Shown here in pieces: positions 59,880 through 64,000 of a DNA stretch of 64,000 nucleotides (position 1 is its first letter; each line of letters begins with the position of its first letter). The stretch lies in assembly GCA_963668675.2 (NCBI GenBank), contig CAXXMB010000001.1, positions 768,001-832,000 of the forward strand. Reading direction: 5' to 3'. A program made the translations under genes and the position numbers. Origin of the DNA: an uncultured Desulfatitalea sp. (GTDB lineage Bacteria; Desulfobacterota; Desulfobacteria; Desulfobacterales; Desulfosarcinaceae). The notes beneath the pieces were generated by a model, which made no database searches, was not told the origin of the DNA, and saw only the letters and a list, made by a program, of their open reading frames with translations.

Positions 59880-60986
59880 TTAACCGTTACGTCTTCTCAA
59901 GCCGCAATGCAGGCGAGCGCTTCGATCCAGCATGGCGGGCAGACCGCCTTTTGATTCGGGCGTGAACCCCAGACAGGTCTCCCACACCTGATCATCCTCC
60001 ATACAGAAATATACCGTGACGCCCGGGGCACGCTCTTTTATCCAGCTTGCCAGCTTTTGGTATACCTTCATACGCAGGGGTTTAAAATAGCGCATCTTGC
60101 CATCAAGCCCTGGAATGAACTCGCCGTAAATGATATCGGATTCGGGAAAGCGTTGACTTACAATTGATTGCAGGGCCGGCATGAAGCGGAAGGTTCCCAT
60201 GCTGATCCACACGATATCATCGGCCGGGATCGTGTCGAACAGCGTCTCAATCACCTTAGCGTAATCAGACTCCCACTCTGGATAGACAAAAATGGGGTCG
60301 AAATGAAATGCAAGGGGATAGCCGTGTGACTGACAGGTCGATGCGGCCCGAAGACGCGCCTGCAGTGAAGCGGTGCCGCGCTCCTGGGTGGCGATGATGC
60401 GGGGCGTGTTCAGCGACCAGGACACAATGGTTTTTTTTTGATGGTTCAGCCCCTTCAGACGATCAATTGCCGTGGTTTTGGTCTTCAGTTCCAAGACCGA
60501 ATTGTCCTGCCTGGCAAAACGCTCCACCAGCTTGGGAGTGAGATCAGACCAAGGTTCCCATATGAGGCTGTCGGTAAATTCACCAGTACCGATGCGCAAT
60601 CTTTCCGGCCGCATGAGGGCCTGGTCGAGATCATCGATCAGTTTGTCATGGTTGATGAAATATTGAAGCAGGGGTGGATGAAAATAGGTTTGCAAGATAC
60701 AGTAGGCGCAATCCATCGTACAGTAGGTGCCGATGTTTAGAATCTGGTAATCACAGCAGGTATACTCCCGCGTGCCAGGACACTTCCGAATGAACGGCCC
60801 CTGGTTTTGAGTCAATAGAAGGATCTGCTTGCCCTTTTGGCAAGGATCCTTCGCCTGCTTCAGCGTATCGAATAGCGCGTGTCGATCTTCAACCACCACC
60901 GGCGTCAATTCCAAGGCGCCTGCGAAATCGTCAACGAGAGGGAACTGGGCCACCGATATGTCTACATAGAGTTTTTCGATGCGCAT
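59880..60986 (-). CDS. Spore-photoproduct-lyase-like radical SAM protein
   Basis: CTMDCAYC, ELKTK, WSLN, FHFDP and YFCME motifs. Confidence 0.8.
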   Translation of the reverse strand: MRIEKLYVDISVAQFPLVDDFAGALELTPVVVEDRHALFDTLKQAKDPCQKGKQILLLTQNQGPFIRKCPGTREYTCCDYQILNIGTYCTMDCAYCILQTYFHPPLLQYFINHDKLIDDLDQALMRPERLRIGTGEFTDSLIWEPWSDLTPKLVERFARQDNSVLELKTKTTAIDRLKGLNHQKKTIVSWSLNTPRIIATQERGTASLQARLRAASTCQSHGYPLAFHFDPIFVYPEWESDYAKVIETLFDTIPADDIVWISMGTFRFMPALQSIVSQRFPESDIIYGEFIPGLDGKMRYFKPLRMKVYQKLASWIKERAPGVTVYFCMEDDQVWETCLGFTPESKGGLPAMLDRSARLHCGLRRRNG

Positions 60987-61058
60987 GATGGTCCGACTTG
61001 TCTCTTATCTCGTCGATGATCTTTTATGTGGAGGGTTGCGGAGCGATAAAAAAATATC

Positions 61059-61253
61059 TCATTTCAGGTACTTCACCAGAGGAAGCAGGAGCAGTAATCC
61101 GATAATGAGAAGGCCCGGGATCGAGAGATAGACTGCGTACCACGGCCTCCCTTCCCTTTTGATTCTCTGGATATCTTTGAGGTACCAGTTGCCGAGAATA
61201 ACAGCTGCCAGCAAAACGCAGACAGCTTGAATCAGGGTGACTACAATTTGCAT
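61059..61253 (-). CDS. Small 2-TM hypothetical membrane protein
   Basis: 64 aa with two hydrophobic helices; operon orientation. Confidence 0.6.
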   Translation of the reverse strand: MQIVVTLIQAVCVLLAAVILGNWYLKDIQRIKREGRPWYAVYLSIPGLLIIGLLLLLPLVKYLK

Positions 61254-61264
61254 GGGTGGAACAC

Positions 61265-61597
61265 CTACCCTTTCAAAAGGAGCGCCATTCGCAGGGTAGT
61301 ATGGCAATCGTCCTGCCATGGCCAGAATTTAGCGATAACCGTACCTTCGTCGAACTCCTTCTCGAACAGCGTCTGTTCAATGCGGATACCACCTGTTCTG
61401 GATGTCAGCGCCAGATCCTTGGCACTCGGTTCCTGGCCTTGGGGTTTGCTCGGCTCTCCCAGAGCCGCGGAGAGGATCTGAAACCAGGATGACAAATCGT
61501 TATTCAGGAAAACGAGGTCAACGAATTCATCGGTAACACATCGTTTTTCTGTCACCGTCAGGTGGCTGAATTGATTTACTATTTTTACCAGTGGCAT
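61265..61597 (-). CDS. Hypothetical protein
   Basis: 110 aa (GGIRIEQTL...KFWPW); GAGGGG RBS. Confidence 0.65.
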   Translation of the reverse strand: MPLVKIVNQFSHLTVTEKRCVTDEFVDLVFLNNDLSSWFQILSAALGEPSKPQGQEPSAKDLALTSRTGGIRIEQTLFEKEFDEGTVIAKFWPWQDDCHTTLRMALLLKG

Positions 61598-61839
61598 CTT
61601 TGAGTCTTCCCCTCGCACTGTTCGTTCGGTGGCATAACGCAAGCCCTTGAAGGTGTTGTTCGATAGGTCAGGGGCGAGTATAGAAAAAAGGATTACCGAG
61701 TGTCAAAGGATTTCCTGAGCGCGACGAATTTTGGAGCGTTTCACGTGAAAACACATTTTGTAGTATTTACAGAGAGAACTGTCCACAACCCATGGCCGCG
61801 GAGTGATTTTTATGCCATTTGATACATAGGGATGTTTTT

Positions 61840-62250
61840 CTATTCGGATGGAAGCGATAGCAACGCTATGCGATCAGCTACGAAGCCGAAGAAACCCTCT
61901 CCCGAATTATTGGAAAAGTACCATCCGATGTGGGTAAGGCATGAGGAGCAGATGATAATCCGCCATGAATGGCCTGAAAACCAGGTGAATTCAGCGGAGG
62001 AGGGACCGATGAAGCTGTAGCCGAGCGCATTGGAAAAACACTTGATATCGAAAACAATACCGCTTGGGTTGGCGAAGGTGTGCTCGTGGCGTCCTTGAAC
62101 GTTGAGATGAAAGCCGGGCTGGGTGATCCGTTGGTTGCACTGCCGACAGACATACCAATTCTCTTCTCTGACTTCGTGTATTGAAGTTGCTGAATCAGCT
62201 TCCTCTTTGGGGACTTGAGGCGCTGGTGCATCGGTTTTGAAGAAAAGCAT
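61840..62250 (-). CDS. Cereblon-family (CULT / thalidomide-binding domain) protein
   Basis: CRQC and CSSC Zn pairs; NPSG; aromatic cage FTWFSGHSW and HIGWYF. Confidence 0.85.
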   Translation of the reverse strand: MLFFKTDAPAPQVPKEEADSATSIHEVREENWYVCRQCNQRITQPGFHLNVQGRHEHTFANPSGIVFDIKCFSNALGYSFIGPSSAEFTWFSGHSWRIIICSSCLTHIGWYFSNNSGEGFFGFVADRIALLSLPSE

Positions 62251-62364
62251 CGACTCAGTGCCTGCTCTGTGGCTGAATCACTGCAAGGTGCATTAACGTT
62301 TCAATCTCATCGGGGCAAAACGTTTGTTGATAAAAAAGCCATTTTATCATGCTATAATCTGTTG

Positions 62365-62646
62365 TTACCCGGTGTAATCAACTCGCTCCTTGAGCTCTTT
62401 GCCGCAACGGAAAAAGGGTAGTTTCTTTGGGCTTACCTGAACTGGATCACCCGTTTTTGGATTTCGGCCGGTATACGATTTGTAGGTTTTTACGAATATG
62501 CTTCCAAAGCCTCGAATTTCCACTCTTTCGCCTTTAGAGAGCGCTTCAGCCATCGTGTTGAAAAATGTATCTACAATAAATTCAGACTGTTGTCGCGTAA
62601 ATCCATTCTGGTTTTTCAGCTCGTTGACAAGATCGGCCTTGTTCAT
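62365..62646 (-). CDS. Integration host factor beta / HU-family protein
   Basis: MNKADL, RVEIRGFGS, GRNPKTG and GKELKERV motifs; AAGGAGG RBS. Confidence 0.92.
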   Translation of the reverse strand: MNKADLVNELKNQNGFTRQQSEFIVDTFFNTMAEALSKGERVEIRGFGSIFVKTYKSYTGRNPKTGDPVQVSPKKLPFFRCGKELKERVDYTG

Positions 62647-62762
62647 TTTCTCCTCCTTAATTCAATTAAATCAGCATCATATAGATACTTATGGCGCTTG
62701 TCAACCAAGGTTCTCATCTATTACGGCATTTGATGGATTGGGGCCTCAGCATTTGGTTTGGA

Positions 62763-62850
62763 TGGTGCCTGGAGCCGGAATCGAACCGGCACGAAGTTAA
62801 ACTTCGAGGGATTTTAAGTCCCTTGCGTCTACCTATTCCGCCATCCAGGC
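62763..62850 (-). tRNA. tRNA-Leu(TAA)
   Basis: GCCTGGATGGCGGAATAGGTAGACGC...CTTAAAA...GGTTCGATTCC...CCAGGCACCA; long variable arm; encoded CCA. Confidence 0.95.
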
Positions 62851-63179
62851 GAGCACTTTCATGGCCATGCAACAGTTGATCAAATGGTTGATCAAAGGAA
62901 GGAACTTGAGGCTATTTACCACACGCCTTGAGATTGTCAAGTCAACCATACGATCTTGTTAAGGATGTGCTCATTTCCAATCATGAGGGAGAGATCGATA
63001 CTTCCAGTAAGGGTGACCGGCTGCCCCAAACACCAAATCCAGTCCGGGATTCACCTTGAACCAATATGAATTCGTTTGAATTTATTGGTTATTTGTCGTA
63101 AAGAAGAGGTCAATCAATGAAAACATGCTGGCGGTTGGCAGCTTTTTCTTGGGATTCTAACTATGAGAGGAAGAGAGAG

Positions 63180-63779
63180 ATGATATACAAAACCGTCGTC
63201 ATATTACTGGTATGCCTATTGGGTGCCGCGGTATGTTCCGCAAACTCATGGGAGATCGATTTAACGGCAGGCACCACCACCGTGGCTGGTGGGGTGCACT
63301 ACAAGGACTATCTCGATTCAGGTTACTACAGAGTCGGGACATCGGGAATTCATAAGGATGATGACGACACGGAATACACAATGGGCTCTTTGGACCTGAC
63401 CGTCGGCAGCGATACGCTTGTTCCAGGACTGTTTTGCGATGTCGGTTTTCGAGGGATCTATGGAAACGCCGAAGAAGATGCCCGTTCAGGAGATTTCGGC
63501 GCACTCGCCTTCACCGGATCGGCTGGATATCTCTTCCCATCCGACATGATTCCCATACCTGTCGAGATTTTCGGTGGCCTGACCTGGGCACCGGGCCCAT
63601 TGGCCTTCGAAGATGCCGACAGCTACCTGGAGTTCAATTTCGGTGTTGGTGTGCGCATCATACGAAACGCATCCATCGTGGCCTCCTACACCAAGTACCG
63701 CATAGAGATGGATTCGGGGCCAAACGACTGGACATTTGAAGACGACCTGTTTCGCGTCGGGCTGGTCATGCGGTTTTGA
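63180..63779 (+). CDS. YfaZ-like outer-membrane beta-barrel protein
   Basis: Signal peptide, alternating beta-strand pattern and terminal Phe (GLVMRF). Confidence 0.7.
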   Translation: MIYKTVVILLVCLLGAAVCSANSWEIDLTAGTTTVAGGVHYKDYLDSGYYRVGTSGIHKDDDDTEYTMGSLDLTVGSDTLVPGLFCDVGFRGIYGNAEEDARSGDFGALAFTGSAGYLFPSDMIPIPVEIFGGLTWAPGPLAFEDADSYLEFNFGVGVRIIRNASIVASYTKYRIEMDSGPNDWTFEDDLFRVGLVMRF

Positions 63780-63826
63780 TCTGAAACATTCTCAAAGAGG
63801 GGCGGGCTGCTATATTACGAATTGGA

Positions 63827-64000
63827 TCAGAACGCTTGTGCCGATGAGAGCAGCGGTTCAAAAATCTGAAGGGCCACCTTTTGGAAATCTTCCGAGAAGG
63901 GAGGTTGCCTGCGAAAACAGAGCTGATGGTATGGATCATCCCCCTCTCCTGGTACGTATGGGCTGCCATTCCACGCATGTTCGGCATAGGTCAATGCTTC
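63827..64000 (-). CDS. recC: C-terminal end of a probable exodeoxyribonuclease V gamma subunit (5'-truncated by the window)
   Basis: Manual translation EALTYAEHAWNGSPYVPGEGDDPYHQLCF...FQKVALQIFEPLL..* resembles RecC C-termini; not in the ORF track. Confidence 0.55.
   Translation of the reverse strand, partial: EALTYAEHAWNGSPYVPGEGDDPYHQLCFRRQPPFSEDFQKVALQIFEPLLSSAQAF

Noticed and set aside
62763..62850. tRNA-Leu as an integration site for the low-GC island
   Set aside because: No integrase and no duplicated tRNA 3' end were seen, and the flanking genes are core genes.
1..64000. CRISPR arrays, IS elements, prophage or defence systems
   Set aside because: No repeat-spacer arrays, transposase, integrase or phage genes were recognised; the adjacent exonuclease and helicase show no defence-specific partners.

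Overview
This is a chromosomal window from a bacterium that looks like a sulfate-reducing Desulfobacterota (Desulfobacterales-like); that assignment is inferred from gene content and protein style. It probably contains the replication terminus: a XerCD dif site sits at 52244-52271, and KOPS motifs on both sides point toward it. Main blocks: (i) 1-14822, mixed housekeeping genes plus a 167-nt highly structured intergenic element; (ii) 14834-26745, a minus-strand operon with a PfaB/C-type PUFA-synthase subunit (KS-CLF-AT-DH-DH) directly followed by oleABCD olefin-biosynthesis genes, with no pfaA/pfaD/ACP nearby; (iii) ~27900-48000, a low-GC Wzx/Wzy surface-polysaccharide locus combining UDP-sulfoquinovose synthase with two sulfotransferases and ending in a very AT-rich waaL-GT25 pair; (iv) 48266-64000, GlmU-like/glmM, dif, xseA-xseB-ispA-dxs-tlyA, a divergent EF-G paralog, an SPL-like radical SAM enzyme, a cereblon (CULT) homolog, IHF/HU, tRNA-Leu(TAA), a YfaZ-like porin and the probable 3' end of recC. 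All calls come from motif recognition by eye; no database searches were run.
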